Positions 8,706 to 18,217 of a stretch of DNA of 64,000 nt are shown in pieces. The stretch spans positions 2,336,001 to 2,400,000 of the forward strand of contig OY762926.1 of assembly GCA_963666735.1 (NCBI GenBank), read 5' to 3'. Position numbers and translations under genes: made by a program. How positions within the stretch are numbered: position 1 is the stretch's first letter; each line of letters opens with the position of its first letter. The stretch is from Gemmatimonadota bacterium (GTDB taxonomy: Bacteria > Gemmatimonadota > Gemmatimonadetes > Palauibacterales > Palauibacteraceae). Below the pieces are notes generated by a model. It saw nothing but the letters and a program-made list of their open reading frames with translations, made no database searches and was not told the DNA's origin.

Positions 8706-10649
8706 TCAGGGGACGAGTTCCTCCTCGACGAGACGCGCGATCCACAGGCCGGAGTGGAGGTCGGAGGTGAAGATCCGGCCCTTGAACAACTGGGCGCCCC
8801 ACGTCATTGACCAGTTGGGCACGGCGCCCTCAGGCGATGACGTCTTGATCGCGCCGATTTCGCGGCCCTGGCGGTAGAGGTCGCCGCGCAGTTCGCCCGA
8901 AATGTCCAGCACCCGCAGCCCCGCCTGGTAGTAGCCGACGTAGAGCCGGTCCCGGTCGTCGCTCCACAGGTTGTGGGCTCCGGCTTCGGGCACGGTGTAG
9001 TGGGCGACCTTCACCGGCTCATCCATATCGGTCATGTCGAGTACCTCGACGAAGCCGCGCGCCTCGATGGGGCCGAGCGCGTTCGGATCCCAGTCCGACG
9101 GATAGATCTCCGCCGCCACGAACAGGTACCTGCCGTGCCGCCAGGCGACGTGCGTGTTCCCCTGCCCGGACACCCACCGCGAGACGAGCTTTGGGTCGCG
9201 GGCCGTGCCGCCGTGCGTCCCGGCGCCCGCATCGAGGATGTAGATGCCCTCGTTCCAGAACGACGCGTAGGCGTACCCGTCCTGGACGATGACGTCGTGC
9301 AGGCTGCGGACCGGTTCATCGTGCACCCAACGGTTGATCTCGCGCGGGTCGGACGGATCGGAGATGTCGAGGATCACGATCTCGCTCGTCCCGTTGTGGC
9401 AGGCGTAGACGAGATCTTCATCTCCCAGGATCCAGACGTTGTGCACGCCCCCCGTCACCGTGTCCGTGTACTCGGAGAGGATCTCCGGATGGGCGGGATT
9501 CGAGAGGTCGAGGAAGACGATCCCGTTCCGCCGGCTCGACGCGCCCTCACGGGTGACGATCCCGAGACGGTTGTTGGGATGGATCTTCACATCGTTGATG
9601 CGGCGGGCGTCGAGCTGGATCGAGTCGGTCAGGACCGGCTGGGCGGGGTCCGTCACATCCCACACCTTCATCCAGTCGTGGAAGAAGGTGCCGAGATAGG
9701 CGTAGTCGCGTCCGTCGACGCCCTCGAACACCCACGTGTCTCCGGCGCGGTGCGTGGAGGTGATCCCGCTTCCGACGAGTTCGAGGCGGGCCGTGTGGCG
9801 GCGGGGCGCGACCCGCACGGCCACCGTCCGCGCGATGGCCGGGCCCGCGATCGCGGTCACGTGGTACGTACCCGGCTCCTCCGCGACGAAGAGTCCGCGT
9901 CCGTCGACGGGTTCGACGCTCGCCCCGCCCGGCGTGACGCTCCACAGCGGCGCCAGGGCGATGTCCCCCCCGGCCCCGTCGCGGCCGAGCAGCCGAAACG
10001 CCGCGACATCTCCCGTCGAGAGCGAGCTTACATCCCCGGAGGGCACCAGCTCGTAGTTCTCGGCCGGGTTGGGCTGGACCCTGACTTCGACCTCCGTCGC
10101 GGCCGCTCCCGCGGAGACGGTCAGTACGGTCTGCCCCGGCCCGTGGCCGAGGACGCGCCCGGCGTTGTCCACCGTCGCGACCGCGGGATCGGCCGAGGCG
10201 AACTCGAACTCGATGTCCTCCACGGCACCGCCCAACGCCGTGTAGGCGCCGATTTCGAGGGCGGCAGTCGCGCCCGCGTAGACGGGGCCGGCGACGCGGG
10301 CCTCGATCCGGTCGGCCTCGAGGCGGGCGACGAGGATCCGGACCCAGCTCGGCTCGCCGCGGAACATCGCCGCCACGCGAGATTCGCCCGGCCGGACCGC
10401 CGTCACGATGCCCTCGGCCGTCACGGTCACGCCGTCGTCGGCCGCGAACCAGCGCACCTCCGAGGCGGCGGCTTCTTCCGCGGTGCCCTGGATCTCCGCG
10501 CTGAGCTGGAAGGACATTCCGACCTCGAGTTCCAGTTCAGCCGGTGAGGCCACCGCGTATACCCGCTCCTGGGCGGTGAGGGCCGGCGGGCCGGAGACCG
10601 CGGCGCACGCGGCGAAGACGGTGGCGAGACGTGCAGAGCGGAGCGACAT
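8706..10649 (-). CDS. Secreted protein with Ig-like (Big_2-like) domains and C-terminal LVIVD-repeat propeller
   Basis: Start ATG 10649 with GGAGGA RBS; signal peptide; SADPAVATVD Ig motif; repeated (V/I)(W/L)D(V/I)(T/S)DP / HNVW / HDV motifs. Confidence 0.8.
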   Translation of the reverse strand: MSLRSARLATVFAACAAVSGPPALTAQERVYAVASPAELELEVGMSFQLSAEIQGTAEEAAASEVRWFAADDGVTVTAEGIVTAVRPGESRVAAMFRGEPSWVRILVARLEADRIEARVAGPVYAGATAALEIGAYTALGGAVEDIEFEFASADPAVATVDNAGRVLGHGPGQTVLTVSAGAAATEVEVRVQPNPAENYELVPSGDVSSLSTGDVAAFRLLGRDGAGGDIALAPLWSVTPGGASVEPVDGRGLFVAEEPGTYHVTAIAGPAIARTVAVRVAPRRHTARLELVGSGITSTHRAGDTWVFEGVDGRDYAYLGTFFHDWMKVWDVTDPAQPVLTDSIQLDARRINDVKIHPNNRLGIVTREGASSRRNGIVFLDLSNPAHPEILSEYTDTVTGGVHNVWILGDEDLVYACHNGTSEIVILDISDPSDPREINRWVHDEPVRSLHDVIVQDGYAYASFWNEGIYILDAGAGTHGGTARDPKLVSRWVSGQGNTHVAWRHGRYLFVAAEIYPSDWDPNALGPIEARGFVEVLDMTDMDEPVKVAHYTVPEAGAHNLWSDDRDRLYVGYYQAGLRVLDISGELRGDLYRQGREIGAIKTSSPEGAVPNWSMTWGAQLFKGRIFTSDLHSGLWIARLVEEELVP

Positions 10650-10766
10650 CGTAATCCTCCGTGTACGGATGCGATTCGACGGACTCGAAAGCTCGGTGCG
10701 ACGGACGCGGGCGGCAACAACCCGCGTGGTTGACCCGGCCCCGGCGGCGTGGGAGCTTCGGCCTCC

Positions 10767-13700
10767 ATGGAGACGCTCGACGCCGGATACGCTGCCGGGA
10801 GGCCTTCTTTTTCGGAGGAAGCGGCGGCGCGGCTCGTCCGGACACACTGGGGTGTGGACGGGACGGCCCGCGAATGCGCCAGCGAGCGAGACCGGGTGTT
10901 CGAGATCTCCGACCGGGCCTTGGACGGGACTGCGGAGGGAGGCCCCGATGGCTCCGGGGTCCGCGGTTACCTGAAGGTCTCGAACCTGCTCGAAGACCGC
11001 GCCGCCCTCGAGGAGGAAGCGGCCATGCTCGAGACTCTTTCGGAGTCCCAGGCCTGCTTCGCGCTTCCGCAGTGGCGCCCCACCGCGAAGGGCCCGGAGG
11101 CGGAGGCCTCCGCGGACACATTGACCGGTGGGCGCCTTATCGAACACGCGATCGGCGGGCGCGCCCACTTCGCCCGGTTCCTCGAGCCGGTTCCGGGCAC
11201 TCCACTGGACCGCTTCCGGCCGCACGGACCCGAACTGCGCAGACAGATCGGACGCCTCGCGGGGATCCTCGACCGTTCCTCGTCGGAGGTGTCGGGCGCG
11301 GACCGCCCGATGATCTGGGACCTTCGCGGTGCCGCCTCGCTCATCGCGGAGCACCTGGGCGCGATCCGCGAACCGGGGCGGCGTGAGGTCCTCGCCCGCG
11401 TCCTCGAGCGACACGCCGCGGTCGTGCGGCCGCGGGCGAGCGAGTTGCGCGAGAGCCTGATCTACAACGACGCGAACCCGGCCAACATCCATGTGGACCC
11501 CGGACGCATGAAGAACGGAGCGCCCCACATGGTGGGCGTCGTGGACTTCGGGGACGTGATTCGGTCGTGGACGGTGGCGAACCTCGCCGTCGCCTGCGCC
11601 TACGCCGGGTTCGGAACTCGCGATCCCGTAGCCGCTTTCTGCGACGTGGCGCGCGGGTGCGTCGCGGAGCACGACGTTACGGAAGCAGAGGCGGACGTCC
11701 TGTATGAACTTGCCCGCCTGCGTCTCGCGCTCAGCGTGACGGTGTCGTCGGTCCGCGGCGCCCAGGAGCCGGACAACGAGTACCTGCTCGTGAGCCAGGC
11801 TCCCGCCTGGAAGGTGCTCGAACATCTGGACGCAACGCCCGCGGAGCTGGGGCGCTACCGGCTGCGGGAGGCCTGCGGACACGCGCCCTGTCCCTCCACC
11901 GCCCGGGTCGTCGCGGCACTCGAACGCGCCGCCCCGGGCGCCGCGCCGGTGCTGGATCCGGATCCGCGCGCGGTACCCACCGTCACGCTCGACCTGAGCG
12001 TCGAGTCGGGGGACGATGGCGGGACGTTCGACCCAACGGATCACGCGCAGTTCTCGCAACGGCTGTTCGACCGGATGCGGGACGCGGGTGCGGAGATCGG
12101 CATCGGACGCTACGACGAGGTGCGGTGGTGGTACACGGGCGAGGCCTTCCGCGCGCCGGGAAACGAGATGGACGAGTGGCGCAGCGTGCACCTCGGCGTC
12201 GACCTGTTCGCGGAGCCGGGGACGCCCGTCCACGCGCCGCTCGGGGGTCGCGCCGTGTCCGCGCATGACAACGCCGACCGCCTGGACTACGGCCCCACGA
12301 TCATCCTGGAGCACGAACTGGAGGACCCGGCGGGCAAGACGGAGGGACTCGTCCGGTTTCGAACGTTGTTCGGGCATCTGTCACCCGAATCTCTCCCAGC
12401 GGTCGCGCCCGGCGAGGCCGTGGAACCCGGCCGGACCATCGGCTGGATCGGGGCCCCGCCGCAGAACGGCGACTGGGCGCCGCACCTTCACTTCCAGATC
12501 TTCGTCGATCCGCTCGACTACGACGGGACCTTCCCCGGCGTGGCCGCCCCGAGCGCGCGCGCTGTCTGGACGGCGGTGAGCCCCGACCCGAACCACCTGC
12601 TGCGGCTGCAGGGCGAGGCGACGGCACCAAGGCCTCGCGACCGCGCCGCGCTGATCGAGGACCGGAACCGGCGGCTCGGCCCTTCGCTGAGTCTCTCCTA
12701 CGGGAGACCCCTCCACATCGTGCGGGGGCGCGGAAGCCGGCTCTACGATTCCGAGGGACAGCCCTTCCTCGACTGCGTGAACAACGTCGCTCACGTTGGA
12801 CACGCGCACCCGCGCGTGAACGAGGCGGCGCGCCGGCAGATGGCCGCGCTCAACACCAATACGCGCTACCTGCACGAGGCCATCCTCGAGTACACGGAGC
12901 GGCTGACGGCCCTCTTCCCGAGCCCGCTCGATGTGTGCTTCCTCGTCTGCTCCGGCACCGAGGCCAACGAACTCGCCCTGCGCATGGCGCGCACGCACAC
13001 CGGCAAGGTGGGCGCGGTCGTCCTCGACGGGGCCTACCACGGGAACTCCAGTTCGGTCGTCAACCTGAGCCCCTACAAGTTCAACGGCCCCGGCGGGAAA
13101 GGGCTCCGGCCCTGGGTCCGCATGGCGCCCATGCCGGACCTCTTCCGGGGGATCCACCGTGGGCCGGAACGCGAGGTGGCGCCCCTGTACGCGGCGTACG
13201 TCGGGGAGGCGGCGCGGGCGCTCGAAACGGAACCCACCTGGTTCGGGGACCGCCCACCCGGCGCGGCCGCCTTCTTCCACGAATCGATCCTCAGTTGCGG
13301 GGGGCAGATCCCGCTCCCGGCCGGATACCTCGCGGCTTCCTACGCCGGAGCCCGCGAGCAGGGCGCCGTGTGCGTGGCCGATGAGGTGCAGGTCGGCTTC
13401 GGCCGCGTGGGGTCGCACTTCTGGGCGTTCGAGGAGCACGGCGTCGTCCCCGACATCGTGACCCTCGGCAAGCCGATCGGGAATGGGCACCCCCTCGCCG
13501 CGGTGGTCACGACGCGCGAGATCGCCGAGTCCTTCGCCAACGGGATGGAGTACTTCAACACCTACGGCGGGAACCCCGTCGCGTGCGCCATCGGCCTCGC
13601 CGTCCTGGACGTGATCGAGGAGGAAGGTCTACAGGAGAACGCGGCGAACGTCGGAAAGCGCCTTCTGGAGGGTCTCGAATGCGTCCGCGACCGTCACGCC

Positions 13701-13958
13701 CCGGTGGGGGACGCCCGCGGCCGCGGCCTGTTCACGGGCATCGAGTTCGTGCGGGAGGGAGACGATATCGAGCCGGCGGCGGATCTCGCGGACGCGGCGG
13801 TCCAGCGCATGCGCGACCGCGGCATTCTGCTCAGCACGGACGGCCCGGACCACAACGTGATCAAGATGAAGCCGCCGCTCGTCTTCTCCCAAGCCGACGC
13901 GGATCTGCTGATCTCCAACCTCGACGAGATCCTCTCGGAGACCGCCTTCCTGCGCTGA
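10767..13958 (+). CDS. Triple fusion: aminoglycoside-phosphotransferase-like kinase + M23 peptidase-like domain + class-III PLP aminotransferase/phospho-lyase
   Basis: YNDANPAN and DFGD kinase motifs; HLGVD and PHLHFQ M23 motifs; DEVQVGFGR and TLGKPIGNG class-III motifs. Confidence 0.88.
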   Translation: METLDAGYAAGRPSFSEEAAARLVRTHWGVDGTARECASERDRVFEISDRALDGTAEGGPDGSGVRGYLKVSNLLEDRAALEEEAAMLETLSESQACFALPQWRPTAKGPEAEASADTLTGGRLIEHAIGGRAHFARFLEPVPGTPLDRFRPHGPELRRQIGRLAGILDRSSSEVSGADRPMIWDLRGAASLIAEHLGAIREPGRREVLARVLERHAAVVRPRASELRESLIYNDANPANIHVDPGRMKNGAPHMVGVVDFGDVIRSWTVANLAVACAYAGFGTRDPVAAFCDVARGCVAEHDVTEAEADVLYELARLRLALSVTVSSVRGAQEPDNEYLLVSQAPAWKVLEHLDATPAELGRYRLREACGHAPCPSTARVVAALERAAPGAAPVLDPDPRAVPTVTLDLSVESGDDGGTFDPTDHAQFSQRLFDRMRDAGAEIGIGRYDEVRWWYTGEAFRAPGNEMDEWRSVHLGVDLFAEPGTPVHAPLGGRAVSAHDNADRLDYGPTIILEHELEDPAGKTEGLVRFRTLFGHLSPESLPAVAPGEAVEPGRTIGWIGAPPQNGDWAPHLHFQIFVDPLDYDGTFPGVAAPSARAVWTAVSPDPNHLLRLQGEATAPRPRDRAALIEDRNRRLGPSLSLSYGRPLHIVRGRGSRLYDSEGQPFLDCVNNVAHVGHAHPRVNEAARRQMAALNTNTRYLHEAILEYTERLTALFPSPLDVCFLVCSGTEANELALRMARTHTGKVGAVVLDGAYHGNSSSVVNLSPYKFNGPGGKGLRPWVRMAPMPDLFRGIHRGPEREVAPLYAAYVGEAARALETEPTWFGDRPPGAAAFFHESILSCGGQIPLPAGYLAASYAGAREQGAVCVADEVQVGFGRVGSHFWAFEEHGVVPDIVTLGKPIGNGHPLAAVVTTREIAESFANGMEYFNTYGGNPVACAIGLAVLDVIEEEGLQENAANVGKRLLEGLECVRDRHAPVGDARGRGLFTGIEFVREGDDIEPAADLADAAVQRMRDRGILLSTDGPDHNVIKMKPPLVFSQADADLLISNLDEILSETAFLR

Positions 13959-14002
13959 CCCGCCCCGTTGCACACCGAATCCGTGGCCGAACAGCCAGGG
14001 CG

Positions 14003-15172
14003 TCAGGCCGGAAGTTGCTGCAGGAAGTCCTCGAGCGGGAGCACCTCGACGCCGTCGAGCCGCTGAGGGCGCTCCCCCAGGAACACGACGATTCTGCGGG
14101 CGACGCGGTCGCAGCGGCCGGCGAGCGACGACAGGCCGCTCACCATGCGCCGGCTCACTCGTCGCCCCGCCTTGACCTCGATCCCCCACACTTCACGTCC
14201 GACCTCCAGGACAAAATCCACTTCGGCGCCGTGCCGGGTCCGGTAGTGATAGAGCGCGGCCTCCGGCCAGAGCGTCCCCAGCCTTCTGTACAACTCGCAG
14301 CCGACCAGATGTTCGAGGAGGACGCCGCGCTCGTCGGCGAGCGGCGCATCCAGCGGCCGCCGCAGCAACGCGTTGCGCACTCCCAGGTCGAAGAAGAAGA
14401 GCTTTGCGTGCCGGACGAGATTCGCGCGGCTCGACCCGCGCAACCCGCTCCATGCCGGCACCCGGAACATCACGAGCGTGTCTTCCAGGACCTCGACGTA
14501 CCGCCGGGTCGTTTCGTACCCGAGACCCGCGTCCCGGCACAGCGCCTGCACGTTGAGGATGCGGCCCGACGCAGCGGCCATCAGGTCCAGCAGCCGGGCA
14601 AAGCCGCCGATGTTCCGTACCAGGGCTTCCGCCTGGATTTCCTCCCGGAGATAGGTGTCCGTGTAGCTTCGCAGGTCGGCGGCGCGAGTCGCGGGATCGT
14701 CTTCCGAGTAGATGCCGGGCAGCGTCCCGTGCGCGAGCACACGGTCGAGATCGAAATCCCGTCCGAGTTCCGCGGCGAGAAGCGGGTGCAGGTGATGCAC
14801 ATGGACGCGGCCCGGAAGGAGGTTCGCCTGCCCGCGACGAAGTTTGCGCGCGCTCGATCCCGAGAGCAGGAAGCGGAAGCGGTCGGGCCGGTCGTCGATG
14901 CAGACCTGCACGACATCGAGCAGAGCGGGTACTCGCTGCACCTCGTCGAGGAAGACCGTCTTCACTGCCGGGGGCGCCGCATCGAGTTCACGGCGCAACC
15001 GCTCGGGGTGCGCCGCGTAATCCCGGAAGGTTCGCGGGTCCGCGAGGTTCAGGGAATGGTCAGGGCCGAGCGCGGACAGAAGGGTAGACTTCCCCACCTG
15101 TCGCGGCCCCAGCACGAGCGCGCTGCGACGACGCGTAGACTGCAGATACGGAAACAACATTCTTGTGTACAT
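14003..15172 (-). CDS. AAA_14 ATPase with DUF4143 / PD-(D/E)XK-like C-terminus
   Basis: GPRQVGKS Walker A, VFLDEVQ Walker B, LSGSS, KLFFFDLG, EVDFV…IEVK. Confidence 0.88.
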   Translation of the reverse strand: MYTRMLFPYLQSTRRRSALVLGPRQVGKSTLLSALGPDHSLNLADPRTFRDYAAHPERLRRELDAAPPAVKTVFLDEVQRVPALLDVVQVCIDDRPDRFRFLLSGSSARKLRRGQANLLPGRVHVHHLHPLLAAELGRDFDLDRVLAHGTLPGIYSEDDPATRAADLRSYTDTYLREEIQAEALVRNIGGFARLLDLMAAASGRILNVQALCRDAGLGYETTRRYVEVLEDTLVMFRVPAWSGLRGSSRANLVRHAKLFFFDLGVRNALLRRPLDAPLADERGVLLEHLVGCELYRRLGTLWPEAALYHYRTRHGAEVDFVLEVGREVWGIEVKAGRRVSRRMVSGLSSLAGRCDRVARRIVVFLGERPQRLDGVEVLPLEDFLQQLPA

Positions 15173-15203
15173 GTGGGTAAAATAGCCGCCATTCTACCCA
15201 CAT
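15171..15203. promoter_or_regulatory. AT-rich inverted repeat over the ATPase start
   Basis: ATGTGGGTAAAAT-agccgcc-ATTCTACCCACAT (12/13 match). Confidence 0.6.
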
Positions 15204-15222
15204 ACAAGCGCCGATAGCCGTG

Positions 15223-15354
15223 TCAGCGGCGCCAGTCGCGGCTCCGAGCGTCCGCACGCCACTCGTCGTCATCGACTTCCACGCGGACGGTCCCCTTGAG
15301 GTGACGGATCCGGTCGCCGAGCGGCCGGTCCGCCAACGCCTCGCGAAGAATCTC
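15223..15354 (-). pseudogene. 3' remnant of a CopG/RHH-type antitoxin-like gene
   Basis: Reads EILREALADRPLGDRIRHLKGTVRVEVDDDEWRADARSRDWRR*, no start codon; 5' end lost next to a G9 tract (15362-15370) and hicB stop. Confidence 0.45.
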
Positions 15355-15375
15355 ACAGGGCGGGGGGGGGTTCGT

Positions 15376-15699
15376 TCAGAAAGCGATCTCCCTGAGGCGC
15401 TCGGCTATGTAGGCATTCATCGAGAGCCGATGGCTGCTGGCGTTGGTCGCGAGTTTGCGATGCACTTCCGGATCGATCCTTATGAGAACCCGGCCCGAAT
15501 AGGGCTTGCTGGGCTCTCTCCCCTTTTCCTCACAGAATTCCAGGTAGTCGTCCACCGCGCGTCGCATGGACTCCTTCAACTCCGACACCGACCTGCCCTC
15601 GAAGTTGATCCCGTCTCGCGTGTCGATGACTCGGCCCGAAAAAAACTCGTAGTCTTCATCGTACTCGAAGACACCGGTGTATCCCTTGTACTCGATCAT
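15376..15699 (-). CDS. hicB: HicB family antitoxin
   Basis: MIEYKGY…FEGRSVSELKESMRRAVDDYLEFC…PSKPYSG…RIDPEVHR is typical HicB. Confidence 0.92.
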   Translation of the reverse strand: MIEYKGYTGVFEYDEDYEFFSGRVIDTRDGINFEGRSVSELKESMRRAVDDYLEFCEEKGREPSKPYSGRVLIRIDPEVHRKLATNASSHRLSMNAYIAERLREIAF

Positions 15700-15881
15700 G
15701 GCGCGACTCCCGCCCGTTCCAGGGAGCTACGCATCCGCTTTACGAGTCCCCTGCCGCACTCCGGACGCGGATGCGGCCGGTGTACGGTCTCGATCTCTCC
15801 GTTCAACTCAACGATTACCGAAGAGCCGCGCCGTTCGTGGATCTCGGCACCCAGGCTCCGAAACATGGCTTCCGATATCAT
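15696..15881 (-). pseudogene. hicA: N-terminally truncated HicA toxin
   Basis: FRSLGAEIHERRGS…HRPHP HicA core; only 27 nt separate it from the upstream peptidase stop, so the usual N-terminal ~20 aa are absent. Confidence 0.7.
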
Positions 15882-15908
15882 GCGGCAAGCGGCGCGGAGC
15901 GGCTTTGG

Positions 15909-18032
15909 CTAGGCACCGGTTTGCGTGGCGGCGGTGCGCTCGTCGTCGTGCGTGCCCCACCGCTCGAACCACTTCCTGAGGATGAGTTGCGTGCGCAGGA
16001 AGTTGGACGGCAGGCGCGACGTGCCGTGCCACTCGCCCTCGAACTGGACCATCGCCGTCGGCTTGTTCTGCGCCTTGAGCGCCTGATAAAACTGCTCCGT
16101 CTGCGACATCGGCGTGCGCAGGTCCAGGACGCCCGTCATGAGCATGGTCGGCGTCGTGACGTTCCCCACGTACGAGATCGGCGAGCGGCGGATGTGCTCG
16201 CTCGGGTCCACCCACGGGAACTCCTGGAAGTCCGCGTACCAGCGCAGGTAGTTTCCGTCGACCTCGTTCGGGAAGTTGAACCAGTTCACGACCGGGCAGT
16301 TCGCCGACGCGGCCCGGAAGCGGTCCGTGTGCCCCACGACCCACGACGTCAGCACGCCGCCGCCCGAGCACCCGTAGACGAACATGTTGCCGTCGTCCAC
16401 GTAGCCGCGGGAGATGACCTCGTCCACGCTCGACATGAGGTCGTCGAAGTCGTGGTTCGGATAGTCGTACTGGATCGCGTTCCCGAACTCCGTCCCGTAG
16501 CCGGAGCTTCCGCGCGGGTTCGTATAGAGGACGACGTATCCGTTCGCGGCGTGCTCCTGCCACGAGAAGTTGAACCCGCCGTTGTACATGCCGTGCGGGC
16601 CGCCGTGAATCACGAGGATGAGCGGATACTGGTGCGACGCGTCGAAGTCCGGGGGCTTGATGACCCAGCCGTGGATCGGGAGTCCGTCGTGGGATGACTC
16701 GCTCCACACCTGCTCGACTTCGCCCAGCGTCACGCCCGCCAGCACGTCGGCGTTCACATCCGTGAGTCTCGTGCGCCGGCCGGGCCGGTCGACGGGGAAG
16801 GCATGGATGTCGCCGGGTTCGTGCGCGTCGCCCCACATCCCCACGGCCATGCCGCCGTCGCTCACGTCGTTGAGGCCGAACATCTGCGGCCCCTCGCTCA
16901 TCGCCCGCACGTCGCCGTCCACCGAGACGTAGTGGATGTTGCGGTAGCCGTCCGCCGTGGCGTCGAAGTAGATGCCGCCGCCGTCCCGGGCCCAGTGCAG
17001 CGCCCCGGGACTGCGGTCCATTTCGGCCGTAAGGGCGCGCGGGTTCGATCCATCCGCGTTCATCACGTAGACGGCGGACTCAATATAGTCGAACGTCGTC
17101 GTGTCGTGCCCCACGTAGGCGATCATGCGCCCGTCCGGCGATGGCGCCGGCCGGTTGTCCGGGCCCTTGCGCGTCGTGACCTGGCTCAGTTCGCCGGACT
17201 CCGCGTCGAGCCGATAGATCTCCGTCTCCTGCCATCGGTATTCGGCGTTCTCGACGATGAGACCGCTGAACAGGAGCGACCGTCCGTCGGGCTCCCAGGC
17301 CGGGACGCCGAAGTTGTAGTCGCCCTCGGTGAGTTGGCGCGCGGTGCCCCCTTCGGCGGGGACCACGAAAATGTGCTGGTACCTGTCACCCAGGAATCCG
17401 ATGCGGTCCTGCCGATAGACGAGGCGCTCGATGATTCGGGGGCCCGGCGTCCACGTCGCCCCCTCCGGCTTCGGCAGCGAGATGGACCAGTGGCGCGCCG
17501 TGGGCTGCTCCGCCCCCACGCGCATCGTGAACGAGAAGCGCGTCCCATCGGGAGACCAGGCCAGGTTGGAGGGACTGTCCGTGATCCGCGTCACCTGCGA
17601 GACGGCGCCCTCGGCGTCCATCCAGCGCACGAAGATCTGGGTGTTCCCCTCGTCGTCGGGCGCGAGAAACGCCAGGCGGCTGCCATCGGGCGACCAGCGC
17701 GGCGAGGACCCGTCGACGAGGTGGCGGGGGCGGCTGCCGTCCGGATTCACGATCCAGATCGCGGACTCCCACGCGTCGTTCATCTTGTCGACCCACAGGC
17801 GCTCATAGACGACCGAGCCCCCGTCCGGCGAGATCCGCGGATCCTGGACCCGCTCCCAGTCGAGCCACGACTCGAGCGCGAGGGCGCCGTTCGCCTCCTG
17901 CGCGACGAGCGTCGGGGCGGGGAGGGCGAGACCGCAGAGCAGGCCGGGTACGACGATCGCTGCGAGGGTGACGGGACTCCGGGCGGGATTCCGGAAGAGG
18001 ACGCGGGGGGAAGCGGGGGCGCGCGTGTCCAT
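15909..18032 (-). CDS. Secreted S9 family peptidase (acylaminoacyl/dipeptidyl peptidase-like)
   Basis: Signal peptide, PD40-like SPDG repeats, IHGGPH, NPRGSSGYG, GCSGGG nucleophile, DLRTP, EWHG. Confidence 0.9.
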   Translation of the reverse strand: MDTRAPASPRVLFRNPARSPVTLAAIVVPGLLCGLALPAPTLVAQEANGALALESWLDWERVQDPRISPDGGSVVYERLWVDKMNDAWESAIWIVNPDGSRPRHLVDGSSPRWSPDGSRLAFLAPDDEGNTQIFVRWMDAEGAVSQVTRITDSPSNLAWSPDGTRFSFTMRVGAEQPTARHWSISLPKPEGATWTPGPRIIERLVYRQDRIGFLGDRYQHIFVVPAEGGTARQLTEGDYNFGVPAWEPDGRSLLFSGLIVENAEYRWQETEIYRLDAESGELSQVTTRKGPDNRPAPSPDGRMIAYVGHDTTTFDYIESAVYVMNADGSNPRALTAEMDRSPGALHWARDGGGIYFDATADGYRNIHYVSVDGDVRAMSEGPQMFGLNDVSDGGMAVGMWGDAHEPGDIHAFPVDRPGRRTRLTDVNADVLAGVTLGEVEQVWSESSHDGLPIHGWVIKPPDFDASHQYPLILVIHGGPHGMYNGGFNFSWQEHAANGYVVLYTNPRGSSGYGTEFGNAIQYDYPNHDFDDLMSSVDEVISRGYVDDGNMFVYGCSGGGVLTSWVVGHTDRFRAASANCPVVNWFNFPNEVDGNYLRWYADFQEFPWVDPSEHIRRSPISYVGNVTTPTMLMTGVLDLRTPMSQTEQFYQALKAQNKPTAMVQFEGEWHGTSRLPSNFLRTQLILRKWFERWGTHDDERTAATQTGA

Positions 18033-18217
18033 GGGTACCTCCTGGGGTGAAGGGCGCCGGGCCTCTCGAAACATGGGATGCGCCACGCCGCGTGCATAGG
18101 CCGCGCGCGTGGCCCCGCCCGCCCCCATGCCGCCCGAAGTGCCGCGTCTTATGTTGCGTCAGCGAACGACCGCGGCTGCCGCGCGCCATGCGGCGGCCCA
18201 CAAGCCGGGAGGTTTCC

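Noticed and set aside
7606..8721. 12-bp direct repeat GGGACGAGTTCC on both sides of the SDR gene
   Set aside because: Short, one copy lies within the LVIVD gene 3' end, no mobility gene; could be chance
10650..12377. Long N-terminal extensions in the ORF track (8706-12377, 58866-61736, 1388-2893, 57008-58771)
   Set aside because: They overlap real genes; downstream starts with RBS, signal peptide or family N-terminus fit better
15358..15370. G-run as a phase-variation switch
   Set aside because: No intact gene or promoter whose frame or spacing it would clearly control
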